Shown: positions 9,438 through 20,265, counted from the first letter of the stretch. The stretch is DNA of 64,000 nt from Gammaproteobacteria bacterium (GCA_021774255.1 JAJFJF010000010.1:3947-67946), one strand, 5' to 3'. Program-made: numbers and translations. Notes: a model not told the origin generated them from the sequence alone.

Positions 9438-10163
9438 ATGGCAGTACCCCGAGTCTATTATCCAGACACGTTGACGCCTGGCGAAACCGTTTGTTTGCCT
9501 GACGCCACTAGCCACTACCTTTTACATGTTTTACGTTTGCGCCCGGATGATGCGCTTGTGCTATTTAATGGGCAGGCACACGGCGAATACCCCGCACGCT
9601 TTCTCGAGGCGAAAAAAAAGCAGGCTTACGTCAACATCGAAAGCTATCACGCGCGTAATCTGGAATCGCCGCTGGCCTTGCATTTAGGGCAAGCGATCTC
9701 TGCTGGCGATAAAATGGATCTGGCCATACAAAAATCGGTGGAGCTCGGCGTGCACACCATCACCCCACTGCTCACACAGTACAGCAAACAATACAAAACC
9801 AACCACCTGCAAAAAAAAAGGGAACACTGGCAAAAAATCATTATCAGTGCCTGTGAGCAATGTGGCCGCAATCAATTACCCACGCTTAACGCCGCTCAAC
9901 CACTTGCTACATGGCTGCGCAGCGACTTAACGCCTTTAAAACTATTATTTCACCCAAGCACAAACACTCGCGAAGACTTACCCAAAAATGTCAGCGACGT
10001 CACCGTATTGATCGGCCCTGAAGGCGGGCTTAGTGAACAAGAAATCCTCGAGGCAACTCAGCAAGACTTTTTAACACTAGATTTAGGTCCACGCATCCTG
10101 CGCACAGAAACAGCCGCAATGGCTGCTATCACTATGCTACAATCTCGCTGGGGTGACCTATAG
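9438..10163 (+). CDS. rsmE: 16S rRNA (uracil1498-N3)-methyltransferase RsmE
   Basis: MAVPRVYYPD...HYLLHVLRLRPDD...LFNG, then LIGPEGGLSEQE near the C-terminus, which is RsmE-family. Confidence 0.85.
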   Translation: MAVPRVYYPDTLTPGETVCLPDATSHYLLHVLRLRPDDALVLFNGQAHGEYPARFLEAKKKQAYVNIESYHARNLESPLALHLGQAISAGDKMDLAIQKSVELGVHTITPLLTQYSKQYKTNHLQKKREHWQKIIISACEQCGRNQLPTLNAAQPLATWLRSDLTPLKLLFHPSTNTREDLPKNVSDVTVLIGPEGGLSEQEILEATQQDFLTLDLGPRILRTETAAMAAITMLQSRWGDL

Positions 10164-10359
10164 CAGTTTTTATCAGCAATATCCGCTACCCCGCTGACGC
10201 GAGTGCATCTAAAAATGATCACAGCCAGACGTAGGCCGAGTGCTTTTTGTGATAGCGGAGCGCAGCGCGCGTAGCGTGCAAAAAAGCGCTCGCCGGAAGT
10301 CTGGCTTACCACCAGTCTCAACTGAACAAATTAGAAAAACAAACAGCAAACAAAAAACA

Positions 10360-11418
10360 ATGACAATCACACTACAAAACGACCGTCTCATCCGCGCCCT
10401 GCTCCGTCAACCTGTCGACAAAACACCGATCTGGATTATGCGCCAAGCTGGCCGTTACCTGCCGGAGTATCGCGCATTACGTAAACAAGCCGGTGATTTT
10501 TTAACGCTATGCAAAACGCCTGACTTGGCAGCCGAAATCACCCTGCAACCCCTTGCACGCTTCCCGCTGGATGCCGCCATTATTTTTTCGGATATTTTAA
10601 CGATCCCCGATGCGATGGGGCTAGGGTTACACTTTGTTGAAAACGAAGGTCCTAAATTTCACCGCCCGATTAAAACAGCCCGCGATGTGGCGGCGCTCTC
10701 GCCCCCCGATCCGGAAACCGCATTACGCTATGTGATGGATGCCATTACCACCACACGCAAAGCGCTCGCAGGCAGCGTCCCTTTAATTGGTTTTTCAGGC
10801 AGCCCCTGGACAGTTGCTACCTATATGGTGGAAGGCGGCAGCAGCAAAAACTTTTCGAAAGTAAAAGGCCTGCGTTACCAATCACCTGAGGTGATGCATC
10901 AGCTGCTCGACACGCTCGCACAATCTGTGCAGCTTTATTTAAACGCACAAATTGCGGCGGGCGCACAAGCCGTGATGATTTTTGATACCTGGGGCGGTAT
11001 TTTAACGCCGCAAGATTATCGCGATTTTTCACTTGCCTACATGCAAAAAATCGTCAGTGGCCTGACGCGACAATATAACGGCCAACCGATCCCGGTGACA
11101 CTCTTCACTAAAAACGGTGGGCAACATCTGGCCGCGATGGCCGAAACAGGTTGTGATGCCTTGGGGGTGGATTGGACAGTAAACTTAAGCGACGCACGCG
11201 CACGCGTGCAAGATAAAGTGGCATTGCAAGGTAACATGGACCCTTGCTTGCTTTATGCGTCACCAGAAGACATCACACGCGCCGCGCAACAGATTATGGA
11301 TAGCTACGGGCCGGGGCCGGGGCATGTGTTTAATTTAGGCCACGGTATTCATCCCGACGTGCCACCTGAACACGTTGCTGCACTGGTAGAGGCCGTGCAT
11401 GCTTACGCTTGCGACTAA
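10360..11418 (+). CDS. hemE: Uroporphyrinogen decarboxylase
   Basis: [38 protein letters not shown] is the HemE N-terminus. The ATG at 10360 is preferred over the longer ORF starting at 10240. Confidence 0.9.
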   Translation: MTITLQNDRLIRALLRQPVDKTPIWIMRQAGRYLPEYRALRKQAGDFLTLCKTPDLAAEITLQPLARFPLDAAIIFSDILTIPDAMGLGLHFVENEGPKFHRPIKTARDVAALSPPDPETALRYVMDAITTTRKALAGSVPLIGFSGSPWTVATYMVEGGSSKNFSKVKGLRYQSPEVMHQLLDTLAQSVQLYLNAQIAAGAQAVMIFDTWGGILTPQDYRDFSLAYMQKIVSGLTRQYNGQPIPVTLFTKNGGQHLAAMAETGCDALGVDWTVNLSDARARVQDKVALQGNMDPCLLYASPEDITRAAQQIMDSYGPGPGHVFNLGHGIHPDVPPEHVAALVEAVHAYACD

Positions 11419-12773
11419 ACCAACGCAAAACTGATCAGCCAATACAATATTGCACTGACGCCGCCCATCACTAACGCATACGGCATTTGTGTTTTCACAT
11501 GTTCTAAGTGATCACAACCGCTCGCTAAAGATGAAATAATCGTAGAATCTGAAATAGGCGAGCAATGATCGCCAAACACACCGCCGCCTAATACCGCGGC
11601 TAACACAAAGGCGGGTGGCAGGCCCACCGCTTCACCGAGTGGCAGCGCAACGGGGATTAAAATCGCAAAGGTTCCCCACGAGGTCCCCGTGGTAAACGAC
11701 ATCAAGCTTGCTGTGATAAATAATAACGGTGCAATTAAACTAAAAGGCAAATAGGGGCCTAAGGTACCGGCAATAAAATCTCCCGTGCCCAGCGCCATTA
11801 AACTGGCGCCCAGCGCCATGGATAACATCACAATACTGACCACTGGCAAGAGATCGCTCATGCCTTTAAAGCTGACCTTAGTGATCTCGTGAATATTAAA
11901 CACCTTGTCAAAGAGTAGCATCAGCGCGCAACAACATGTGGCGAGCGCGACCGCCCATAAAACAGACTTGGCGCCTGCGCCTTGTAATAAATTACCTTCG
12001 CCCGTGTAATACATAAAAAATAACATGCCACCAACAAGCAACACAACGGGCACAACCATATAGCGCGCTTTGCTCGGCGCAATCTCTTGCTCTGGCAAAC
12101 CGATGGCTTGTGCTTTTATTTCTGAGCAACGCATGCTGCCAAACACCCGGCCGGTGATGGCGGTGAAAAATACCGTTGCTAAAATCAATAAGGGGTAAAA
12201 ATTAAAACCAATTGAGGTGACCAATACACGCACAGGATTGCCCACATCATAGCTATGAATTAATCCTAAAATATACGCGCCCCAGCCATTGAGCAAAATA
12301 ATCACACTCACGGGCGCGCAGGTGCTGTCTAAAAAGAAGGCCAAGCGTGCGCGGCTCATTTTAAATTTATCAAATAGTTTTTGAGAGACCGTGCCCGCGG
12401 TCAAGATACTGAGATTGGTATCAATAAAAATGGAGGTACCGACCACTGTCGGAAGCAGTTGGGCTTGCCGTGGCGTGCGCGCGAACCCGCGGTGAATTAA
12501 GCGATCCGTAAACGCCGCCACACCACCTGATTCTCGCAGCAGCGCTAACAATGCCCCCACCAGCAAACCAAATAACAGCACTTGGGTGTTACTGACATCT
12601 TGAAAGACCGCCACAATGCGATCCAGCACGGCGAGAAAACCAAGTGCAGGATTGAAGCCCGCCATGAAGGTTTCTGATAACCATAGCGCGATGATAAGGG
12701 CCAGGATAACCTCGCGCTTCCAAATCGCGACGACAATGGCCACAATGGGCGGTAATAATGAGAGCCAGTCCAT
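11415..12773 (-). CDS. Polytopic membrane transporter, probably an NhaC-family Na+/H+ antiporter
   Basis: 452 aa with about 11-12 predicted TM segments. Overall resemblance to NhaC/MleN-family carriers; the family assignment is tentative. Confidence 0.5.
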   Translation of the reverse strand: MDWLSLLPPIVAIVVAIWKREVILALIIALWLSETFMAGFNPALGFLAVLDRIVAVFQDVSNTQVLLFGLLVGALLALLRESGGVAAFTDRLIHRGFARTPRQAQLLPTVVGTSIFIDTNLSILTAGTVSQKLFDKFKMSRARLAFFLDSTCAPVSVIILLNGWGAYILGLIHSYDVGNPVRVLVTSIGFNFYPLLILATVFFTAITGRVFGSMRCSEIKAQAIGLPEQEIAPSKARYMVVPVVLLVGGMLFFMYYTGEGNLLQGAGAKSVLWAVALATCCCALMLLFDKVFNIHEITKVSFKGMSDLLPVVSIVMLSMALGASLMALGTGDFIAGTLGPYLPFSLIAPLLFITASLMSFTTGTSWGTFAILIPVALPLGEAVGLPPAFVLAAVLGGGVFGDHCSPISDSTIISSLASGCDHLEHVKTQMPYALVMGGVSAILYWLISFALV

Positions 12774-13435
12774 GATGAATTAAGCTTACCTTGCATGTTG
12801 TTAATCTGCTCCCTCTTGCTCTGTCGGGAAGAGGCTGGAACGAGGAGTCATTAAGCCTTAGCGCAAAGCCCCCCTCGCTGGCGCTGCGCAATCCCTGCTA
12901 CGCTGGCAAGCCTGCCTTGGGCTTTCCCTGCCCAAGGGCGCTCGAAATATATTTCTCGCCCCCTTGGAGGGGAGAGGGAGAATTTCGCTTGAAACCAGGC
13001 GCACCGAAAAGGGGATCTTATCGCTTTCTGGCCATTGCCGTCATAAAATTGTCTAGACTTATTTAATATTAGTTAACAAACTACTTTGTGTAGCCCCTTA
13101 TTTGTGAGACATTCGCCATAGCAGGTGTAAGCCATTTCTTAATTAGATGTAGGAAGATGGTGTGTTTGCTAGCTCACATCATTCGCGCAAAAAACAGCAA
13201 CCCATTGAAAAACAATTAGTTTTGTTTTCATTTTTGACTCCTGCCCTCGTTTTTTTACGGTGAGATAGAGGCTGCCCAATTGTTGACCACCCCAACTCCT
13301 TGTAATATCAACCTCGCCAGTAAGGAAACAAGCAATGGCAAGGGAAGACCATCAAGGATAACGCTGCACTTGGAAGCAGCCAAGGAACACCAGCGCTTTT
13401 GCCAGCACATCATCGTTGGTGACAGGGAATTTATA

Positions 13436-13465
13436 AGAGCAGCCTTCGGGCTGCTCTTTTTTTAT
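13436..13465 (+). terminator. Rho-independent terminator-like hairpin AGAGCAGCC-TTCG-GGCTGCTCT followed by T7, oriented for plus-strand transcripts
   Basis: Perfect 9 bp stem, a tetraloop and a U-run. Lies inside the 770 bp intergenic region between the minus-strand genes nhaC-like and pilT. Confidence 0.55.
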
Positions 13466-13540
13466 GCGCGCACGTACCTCCCGGCCCCCCTTACGATGAC
13501 ACGCTCTGCGGTTAGCCCCTTATAAAATAAAACGCCCCTT

Positions 13541-14515
13541 TTATTTACCGGCTTGCGCCCCCTCAAACACTTGCATGCCCGCGGCTCGATTGGTTTGCAT
13601 CACCGATGGCAACTGCGCCAACTTCCCCTCTCGTATTAAATGCGCCACCGCGGGAATATTACGTAGAATTTCAAACTCAGCCGCTCGCCTACCCTCTGTC
13701 TGTGTGACCAAGCGCTGTGCAATCACCGCACAGAGTGATTCCGATAACAGCGTACGCACCATTGCTTTTTCTTCACCCGGAAAGACATCCACTATTCGGT
13801 GAATACTGCGTGCTGCCGAGGCCGCATGCAGCGTGGCTAATACTAAATGCCCTGTCTCTGCGGCAGTTAATGCTAAGCGAATGGTTTGTGTATCGCGCAG
13901 TTCTCCTAACATAATCACATCCGGATCGGCACGCAGCGCGGCACGCAAAGCGTGCTGCAACTCATCAGCGTGCCCGCCTATCTCGCGTTGATTGATAACG
14001 CATTGCTGGCTATGATGCACAAACTCAATCGGATCTTCCAAGGTTAAAATATGTGCCGCGCGATGCGCGTTAATATAGGTAAGCATTGCAGCCAAGGTGG
14101 TGCTTTTGCCCGAGCCCGTTGGGCCCGTGACTAACACGAGTCCATTTTCATGGCGAGCAATGTCTTGCAACACAGATGGCGTACCTAAGTCGTCTAGTGT
14201 TTTAATGTCATCATGAATAGCACGACACACTGCCGCGGCGCCGCGTGACTGATGAAAAGCGTTGATGCGAAATCGTGCTAACCCACTTACTGTATAGGCA
14301 AAATCAATGTCTGCGCCGGCTTGGTACTGTGTGAATTCTGCTTCTGTCATCCAAGACCGTAACAGGTTAAGCAGCGCGGCTTGACGGATAACTGACTGCC
14401 CGGGCAATACTTGCAACGCGCCTGCCACGCGCACATGCGGCGCCAGCCCTGCTGATAAATGTAAATCAGAGGCCCCGTATGTTAGAGTAAGTCGTAATAA
14501 ATTTTCCACGTCCAC
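13541..14515 (-). CDS. pilT: Type IV pilus retraction ATPase PilT
   Basis: ASDLHLSAGLAPHVRV, Walker A GPTGSGKSTTLAAM, and LREDPDVIMLGELRD...TGHLVLATLHA. Confidence 0.9.
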   Translation of the reverse strand: MDVENLLRLTLTYGASDLHLSAGLAPHVRVAGALQVLPGQSVIRQAALLNLLRSWMTEAEFTQYQAGADIDFAYTVSGLARFRINAFHQSRGAAAVCRAIHDDIKTLDDLGTPSVLQDIARHENGLVLVTGPTGSGKSTTLAAMLTYINAHRAAHILTLEDPIEFVHHSQQCVINQREIGGHADELQHALRAALRADPDVIMLGELRDTQTIRLALTAAETGHLVLATLHAASAARSIHRIVDVFPGEEKAMVRTLLSESLCAVIAQRLVTQTEGRRAAEFEILRNIPAVAHLIREGKLAQLPSVMQTNRAAGMQVFEGAQAGK

Positions 14516-14534
14516 GCAATTATCTTGTTGTTAT

Positions 14535-15251
14535 ATGCGGGGGGAATTAAAAAAAGAGGAAGGAATGCAAAATATCGTAACACGTTTGCGTGGTGCGCGC
14601 GAGCAAATTGCAAAGGCCGAGCGCCGTTGTGATCGCGCACCGGGAGAGGTTACCTTGTTGGCCATCAGTAAATCACAACCCATCACTGCGCTTCAAGCGG
14701 CGATTGATGCCGGCCAATTTTTGTTTGGGGAAAATTATGTGCAAGAGGCCCTTCCTAAAATTGAAGCTCTGCACCATCCAAAGTTACAGTGGCATTTTGT
14801 GGGCGACATTCAACGCAACAAAGCCAAACTCATTGCACAACATTTTCACTGGGTGCACTCGATTACCCGCGCCAGTGTCGCTGAAGCACTCAACAAACAT
14901 CGCTCACCTGAGCAAGGGCCACTGAATGTGTGCATTCAAATTAATATCAGTGACGAAAGCAGTAAAGCCGGGATCGCCCTCGCGGAGCTCCCGGTGCTGG
15001 CTCACGCTATTGCTGCGCTTCCCCATCTCACACTGCGAGGCTTAATGGCAATACCGGCGCCAAACTTTGATGAAAAAACACAACGCGAAATCTTTCATCA
15101 CATTGCGCAAGCATTGGCGCAACTGCAAAAGCTTGGCTTGGCTTGCGATACCCTCTCCATGGGCATGAGCCATGATTTTGAAGCCGCCATCGCCGAGGGT
15201 GCCACGATCGTGCGCATTGGCCAAGCCATTTTCGGGCCAAGATCAGGGTAA
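14535..15251 (+). CDS. yggS: PLP-homeostasis protein, YggS family
   Basis: Divergent from pilT as in many genomes. VTLLAISKSQ (PLP-lysine) is present. The true start may be the Met at 14565. Confidence 0.85.
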   Translation: MRGELKKEEGMQNIVTRLRGAREQIAKAERRCDRAPGEVTLLAISKSQPITALQAAIDAGQFLFGENYVQEALPKIEALHHPKLQWHFVGDIQRNKAKLIAQHFHWVHSITRASVAEALNKHRSPEQGPLNVCIQINISDESSKAGIALAELPVLAHAIAALPHLTLRGLMAIPAPNFDEKTQREIFHHIAQALAQLQKLGLACDTLSMGMSHDFEAAIAEGATIVRIGQAIFGPRSG

Positions 15252-15412
15252 TCACCTTGTCGTTTAAAACGCTTTTTAGGGCCATCACTGCAAGTAAGCG
15301 CTAAATAACAACCTGCAATGTCAGCTTGTCAACCAACTTACCTTTGGCGTTTTTAAAAAGCTGGCATGATCCTTCTCGCGACCGCTTCTCAGTCAACCCG
15401 CAGGGCTAAGCA

Positions 15413-17494
15413 CTAGCCAGGAAGAACGCCGCCATCGCCAGCAAAGGGCATGCACTGTATGGTAAGCGTCGCGCGGCCTTTTAACCCTGCCAGTTTTCTA
15501 GCAGTACAAGGGTATTTCCCCTTATCCAAAAGCGCTTCCGGGGACTTGCCCGCTGCGTTCGGTACCGCAATCCCCGCGAGAAAAGCACCTGCTCTGTCCC
15601 TTCCATTGCTATCCAGTCGACACGCAATTTGCCAAAGGCAGGTTAAGAATGTTTGCATGCGCGCATCGATTTCTTCTGGGGCCCTCTCTGCTGTTTGGTT
15701 CGGCGTAAAAAGGTAATGGTAAATGTTATTGCCGCTTGCTGCGTCAGTGCTACCGACCGTCGCCACCCACCCAGAAGACAAGCCCGTGGGGTTGCGTCGC
15801 CAGCCCAATATAAGCTCCACCCCATCGGGGTGTTGCTCCCAGTAGCCTGGTTGCAAAAACCAAGCCAGCATCTCAAACTCGCCACACGAGGCAACCTTCA
15901 AGCGATGCGCTGCATTCTGCGGATCGATTATCCATCTGCACATGGCCATGCGCGCCTGCTGTGCGTTGCCTTTTGCGCAATGAAACTGAGAGGCGCTATT
16001 CAATTCAGAGGCTGGACCAAAATAATCGGGGCGGCGCTTTTTCGCACACTGCTCTAACAGTACTTCTGGGTGAGCAGGATCCCTGCGAGCAGGATCGGCG
16101 CCCAACGACATGAGCTGCCTGAAAAGCACTTTGTTGTCTCCCTTGCGGCTGGCGAGCCGCTCCAACGCCGTTTCGCCTCCGCTCGTCACAAAATCGATAT
16201 AGCGCAGAAAGTTTTGATGCTGCACGTCCGCTTGGTCGCGCAACACCTTTTGGTCATACGTGCCAGAAACCCACTCCCAAATGGCCTGCACAATCTCCAA
16301 CGCAAAGGCAGGCGGGTGCGCCATCAACAGGTGCAGGGGCGTTTCAAAAGCCGGCAGCGGCTTTGATCCCGCGTTGGGATTTGTGCTTGGGCAACGCGGC
16401 AACAAAAAGGCACCGTGGTAAAACAGTAAGAGGAGCACTTGCTTGAACGTTTCGCCGAAAGACAACGTGCCGGTCTCTTCTCCCCGCTGCGTACGCTGTT
16501 GAGGGGCATCTTGTGCTGTCAAGAGATGCAATGCAGTCTCACCTTCAGGCGTGCAAGTATTTGGATCAGCATACCCCTGGGTGAGCAGCTGATCGATCAA
16601 TGTCACGCGGATCGAAGCGTCGTTTGTTCGTTCATCAGGAAGAAAGTCCAGCATGCTGAACAACAACAACGCATCATGATTTTTACGTGCCTTGGCGGAG
16701 AGTGCCTTTCTCTTGCTCGCGTAGTCTCCCCTCTGTACTGAAAGCATTTGCCATTTCTCGGCGTCAGATTCAGGCATCTTTCTCTTGTCTATTGTCTTCA
16801 GCACGGGCTCTTTGTCTTTTGTCCCCTCTGCAGAGAGCCACCCAAATAACGCCTCAAGCTTGTTCGCGGGCATGCCTCGACACGGGTTGATGAAAACGAG
16901 CTTCAACGCCGCAAGCTCGTCTTCCCCCAAGCGGAAGTAAGCGACTAAGGAAAGCGCGAGGGAAAACCAGTCAGGATCATTTGTTTTGCCGCCATTTGCT
17001 TGCACCATCCTGCAGATGCGTGCCAAGGGGGTCGGGAAGTAAGCGTTGTCTGCGTTCTCCTTTTGGGGGTACACCTGCCTCTCTGCTTCTGTCAGGCCTT
17101 CAGACTCCGGCAGGCAAAAACGAAGCGCCTTACCCGCCCCCTCAGACCAAAGCAACGCAGAGAGAAGGGAGATAGGGGGCTTTCCCAGCGCATCACCTAG
17201 GATGCCATGCATCACGGCCGCGAAACTTCTCGGTTTCGCCTCCCATGAATAAAAGAACAAGTAGAGGCATACTCCCCAATTTCTCTGCGTCACTGCAGCT
17301 TCTACGATTACTGGCATTCCTATATCCCAACCGCCTTGTTGTCGGGCAAGCTCCTCAAGATACTTTGTCGCGGCAGCTTCTCCTGCCTTATCCTCAGCGC
17401 CCCTAAAGCTCTCAATAAGTTGCTGCAGCGTATTCTCTGTCACCTTTTCTAAGGATGAGGAGCCTCCTCCTTTTTCTCCAGCAGACATCTTCAC
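15413..17494 (-). CDS. Large hypothetical protein with degenerate ankyrin-like repeats (candidate secreted effector)
   Basis: 693 aa. Ankyrin-like segments GETALHLLTAQDAP, ETPLHLLMAHPPAFALEIVQ and GETALERLASRKGDNKVLFRQLMSLGADP. A promoter-like motif at 17557-17595 is shared with other eukaryotic-like genes. Confidence 0.4.
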   Translation of the reverse strand: MKMSAGEKGGGSSSLEKVTENTLQQLIESFRGAEDKAGEAAATKYLEELARQQGGWDIGMPVIVEAAVTQRNWGVCLYLFFYSWEAKPRSFAAVMHGILGDALGKPPISLLSALLWSEGAGKALRFCLPESEGLTEAERQVYPQKENADNAYFPTPLARICRMVQANGGKTNDPDWFSLALSLVAYFRLGEDELAALKLVFINPCRGMPANKLEALFGWLSAEGTKDKEPVLKTIDKRKMPESDAEKWQMLSVQRGDYASKRKALSAKARKNHDALLLFSMLDFLPDERTNDASIRVTLIDQLLTQGYADPNTCTPEGETALHLLTAQDAPQQRTQRGEETGTLSFGETFKQVLLLLFYHGAFLLPRCPSTNPNAGSKPLPAFETPLHLLMAHPPAFALEIVQAIWEWVSGTYDQKVLRDQADVQHQNFLRYIDFVTSGGETALERLASRKGDNKVLFRQLMSLGADPARRDPAHPEVLLEQCAKKRRPDYFGPASELNSASQFHCAKGNAQQARMAMCRWIIDPQNAAHRLKVASCGEFEMLAWFLQPGYWEQHPDGVELILGWRRNPTGLSSGWVATVGSTDAASGNNIYHYLFTPNQTAERAPEEIDARMQTFLTCLWQIACRLDSNGRDRAGAFLAGIAVPNAAGKSPEALLDKGKYPCTARKLAGLKGRATLTIQCMPFAGDGGVLPG

Positions 17495-17556
17495 ACAATG
17501 TTCAGTAAGACTTTTTCACGCAACAAAAAAGGTTTGGGGAAACGCAGTTGATAAGC

Positions 17557-17595
17557 TATCTAGATAGATAGGGTAACACGAGCAGGTAAGTTTTT
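17557..17595. promoter_or_regulatory. Copy B of the shared ~40 bp effector-gene upstream motif CTA(G/T)A(T/G)AGATAG(G)GTAACACGAGCA(G/T)GTAA(G/A)TTTTT
   Basis: Nearly identical to 36246-36281, including the 11 nt block GTAACACGAGC. Read in the gene direction it resembles TTTAC(A/C)-N16-TATCTA. Confidence 0.55.
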
Positions 17596-17642
17596 GAGGC
17601 GGGCTTCCCAACAGGCCTGCCAACTTAACCACCTGATTATGC

Positions 17643-18242
17643 TCAGATTATTTTAGATGGTGCCGCCAGATAGGAGCTGCGCTCTGGGATATCGTAACGC
17701 AAAGCATTGTGGTACAAACAGCCACGCGCGCGCGGGAAATAGCCTTTGTAGGCATCTAAGGCCTCCCGTTCGGCTTCGACTTCATGGGGGGCTTGATAAA
17801 AATCTGGTTTCACAATATCAGCCGGGCTGGGAAACTGCGTTTCTTCCAACGGATCGCCACGCCAATACTGCACCTTATGCATGGCTTCGTGCGCGGCAAT
17901 TAAGAAAAAGCAATGCGCCTCGGGAAGCGGAGTTTGAAGATACGATTCCGCAATGGCATCTGTCGCCAGCAAAATCATATCTTTGTCTGCCAAATACAAG
18001 CCGCTACAGCGCATGCCTTCAGGAAACTTATCACAGGTGATCTGCTTAGCAATGAGCACACGAAAGTCACCCGGTGTTTGCATATGCTTTGCCCACACCA
18101 TACTCAATGCCATTTTAATCGCATAGAGATTGCTACTCGCCATGTCATCATCAAAGTTTTTGGTAATATGAAAACGATGATGGCTGGGGAGCATCAAGGG
18201 TGATAATACATTTTTTTCGACTTCTGGAAGCATCAACAGCAC
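17643..18242 (-). CDS. Hypothetical protein with an HExxH motif (putative zinc metallopeptidase-like)
   Basis: LIAAHEAMHKVQYW contains HEAMH. No other family features recognised. Confidence 0.4.
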   Translation of the reverse strand: MLLMLPEVEKNVLSPLMLPSHHRFHITKNFDDDMASSNLYAIKMALSMVWAKHMQTPGDFRVLIAKQITCDKFPEGMRCSGLYLADKDMILLATDAIAESYLQTPLPEAHCFFLIAAHEAMHKVQYWRGDPLEETQFPSPADIVKPDFYQAPHEVEAEREALDAYKGYFPRARGCLYHNALRYDIPERSSYLAAPSKII

Positions 18243-18325
18243 AGCTACTTTTTGGGAGCAGCATTGTAGCTTGCTTTTGAAAACACATCTACGGGGCGAA
18301 TACGATTTTTACAACTTTTTTAACG

Positions 18326-19084
18326 TTATGCTGTGAGATAAATATCAAAGCGATGTCGCCTCAATGACATCACCCTATCGGGTTTTTGGTTGCCAAGTGG
18401 CGGCGCCGCATGCATGCGCTTGACCACCACACGTTGCGTTGCTTTCTCGAGTGCTAACGCCAATAATTTAGCCTCTGCGGGATCGGTTTTAATGAGCTCA
18501 CGCAATAGCTGCATGTCTTTTTTGACTTGTGCCTTATGGTGAACGGGATACATGGGGTCGAGGTAAACAACATCCGGGCGCGCTTGCTCAAGCAGTGCGG
18601 CCAAAACCGTCGCCGCGTCCGCCTGTTGGTAGCGCATACGTGCAGCGATCATTGCGGTGGCCTCGCTGTCGCGTGCACGCGATAAACCATCTGCCAGCAA
18701 AGCACCGATAATCGGATCGCGCTCGATCAACAATACATCACAACCCAAGCTCGCCAGCACAAAGGCATCACGCCCTAGCCCTGCGGTTGCATCTATCACA
18801 GAAAGACCTGTTTTACTTTTAAGCCCCACGGCACGCGCAAGCGCTTGTTGCCGGCCACCGCCATGACGACGCCGGTAATCATTGGCGCCTTGCACAAAAT
18901 CAACCCATAAGGGTCCTGGTGCTGTTGGCCCTGTTTTTTGCAGGGCTAAATGCGCATCTGACAGTACCAAATAATAATCAACGCCTGCTACATCCTTGGC
19001 CGCTGTATGAAAGGGAAGCTGCAGCTGCGCGGCAAGTTTTTTAGCCTCTGCTTCGCGGACCGTGCTGGCACAGATGACCGCCAT
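18326..19084 (-). CDS. rsmJ: 16S rRNA (guanine1516-N2)-methyltransferase RsmJ-like SAM methyltransferase
   Basis: LSVIDATAGLGRDAFVLASLGCDVLLIERDP...DVVYLDPMYP is the RsmJ/YhiQ signature. The start is trimmed to the Met at 19084 to avoid overlap with divergent yceI. Confidence 0.7.
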   Translation of the reverse strand: MAVICASTVREAEAKKLAAQLQLPFHTAAKDVAGVDYYLVLSDAHLALQKTGPTAPGPLWVDFVQGANDYRRRHGGGRQQALARAVGLKSKTGLSVIDATAGLGRDAFVLASLGCDVLLIERDPIIGALLADGLSRARDSEATAMIAARMRYQQADAATVLAALLEQARPDVVYLDPMYPVHHKAQVKKDMQLLRELIKTDPAEAKLLALALEKATQRVVVKRMHAAPPLGNQKPDRVMSLRRHRFDIYLTA

Positions 19085-19138
19085 AGACTTCTTTTCTTTG
19101 AGCTGATAATCTTCCTGCATAAATAACGAATAAAGAGA

Positions 19139-19747
19139 ATGCAAATGATAAAAAAACTACTGCCTTGTTTACTGTTAACCCTTAGTTTACCACTGCAAGC
19201 CGAGTGGGTGTTAAACAACAAGCAATCCCACCTTAGCTTTATTTCCATCAAACAAGGCCATCTTGCCGAAACTCATGGCTTTACGGCTTTAAGTGGCCAC
19301 ATTGATGACAATGGCCAGGCGACGTTAATTATTGATTTAGACAGTGTGGCAACCGAAATACCACTTCGTGACGAACGCATGCGTGACATGCTTTTTGAAA
19401 CGGAAGAGTATGGTAGTGACGCAAGCTTTACGACCCAAATTGACGCTAAAAAGCTAGCCGCATTGGGCACGGGGGAAAGCGAGCAAACCGATGTGCAAGG
19501 GCAGCTCAATCTACATGGCCAGACCAAACCGATGAATGCAAGCTTGCTTGTCACGCGGGTGAATGAAACAACGTTGCAAGTGTTCACGCAAGAACCCATT
19601 AATATCAATGCTGCTGATTTTAATTTGATAGAGGGAGTGGATGCCTTACGCGAAATTGTTTTGCTTGACCAAATCAGTTTGGCCGTGCCGGTCACCTTCG
19701 TCTTGATCTTTAATCAAGCAACCCAAGGCAAAGGTGACGACAACTAA
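19139..19747 (+). CDS. YceI-family periplasmic polyisoprenoid-binding protein
   Basis: Signal peptide and about 200 aa. SHLSFISIKQGHLAETHGF..LSGHID is YceI-like. Confidence 0.7.
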   Translation: MQMIKKLLPCLLLTLSLPLQAEWVLNNKQSHLSFISIKQGHLAETHGFTALSGHIDDNGQATLIIDLDSVATEIPLRDERMRDMLFETEEYGSDASFTTQIDAKKLAALGTGESEQTDVQGQLNLHGQTKPMNASLLVTRVNETTLQVFTQEPININAADFNLIEGVDALREIVLLDQISLAVPVTFVLIFNQATQGKGDDN

Positions 19748-19752
19748 TCTTG

Positions 19753-20151
19753 TTATTTGCTCGCCCGATAAAAACCAGCCGCGACCCAACCCCAAATAAG
19801 GTTGAAGAAAATAACCACCAATGGGGTGAGCACACCTAAATTTAACCCCATCATGCCGGCACTGGTTTGTGGTAACCAGTAAAAGAGCTGCATCGCACTT
19901 GGTGCCAAGCTAATCACAAAGCCTTGCGACCATACACCCTTGCCAATTGGCAGCATCAATAAAAAGCCCCAAATGCCACCCCACACGATGAGGGGATAAA
20001 GCCACGCCGCACTCAGCCCGGGCGCCATATTAACGCCCACCATTTCTGTGATGGCTAATGCGCCTAAGAAGTAGACAATTAAGGCGCGGATTAAGCCGCC
20101 AAATGACCCTGCCGCAAAGGCACGGGCAATATTTTTTGCAGTAATTTCCAT
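19753..20151 (-). CDS. Small integral membrane protein, hypothetical
   Basis: Four predicted TM segments. AAGGAG RBS before the ATG at 20151. Confidence 0.5.
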   Translation of the reverse strand: MEITAKNIARAFAAGSFGGLIRALIVYFLGALAITEMVGVNMAPGLSAAWLYPLIVWGGIWGFLLMLPIGKGVWSQGFVISLAPSAMQLFYWLPQTSAGMMGLNLGVLTPLVVIFFNLIWGWVAAGFYRASK

Positions 20152-20265
20152 GGTGTCTCCTTGTTCTTTGTCGCTAGTAAGCCCCTTCCGTACCAAATAC
20201 AGGCATCCTTCCCTTTAAAAAAACGAGGAGAATGCCCTCCTGAGTAACGCAACCCTATTTGATTG

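Noticed and set aside
13350-13364. GGAAGCAGCCAAGG, which is identical to the conserved 3' strand of SRP (4.5S) RNA domain IV
   Set aside because: The obligatory 5' partner (CAGGUCAGGUCC-GGAA) is absent. The local hairpin is GCUGC-ACUUGGAA-GCAGC instead. Most likely a chance match.
13280-13525. 81 aa ORF in the long intergenic region
   Set aside because: No RBS and low-complexity translation, and it runs through the terminator hairpin.
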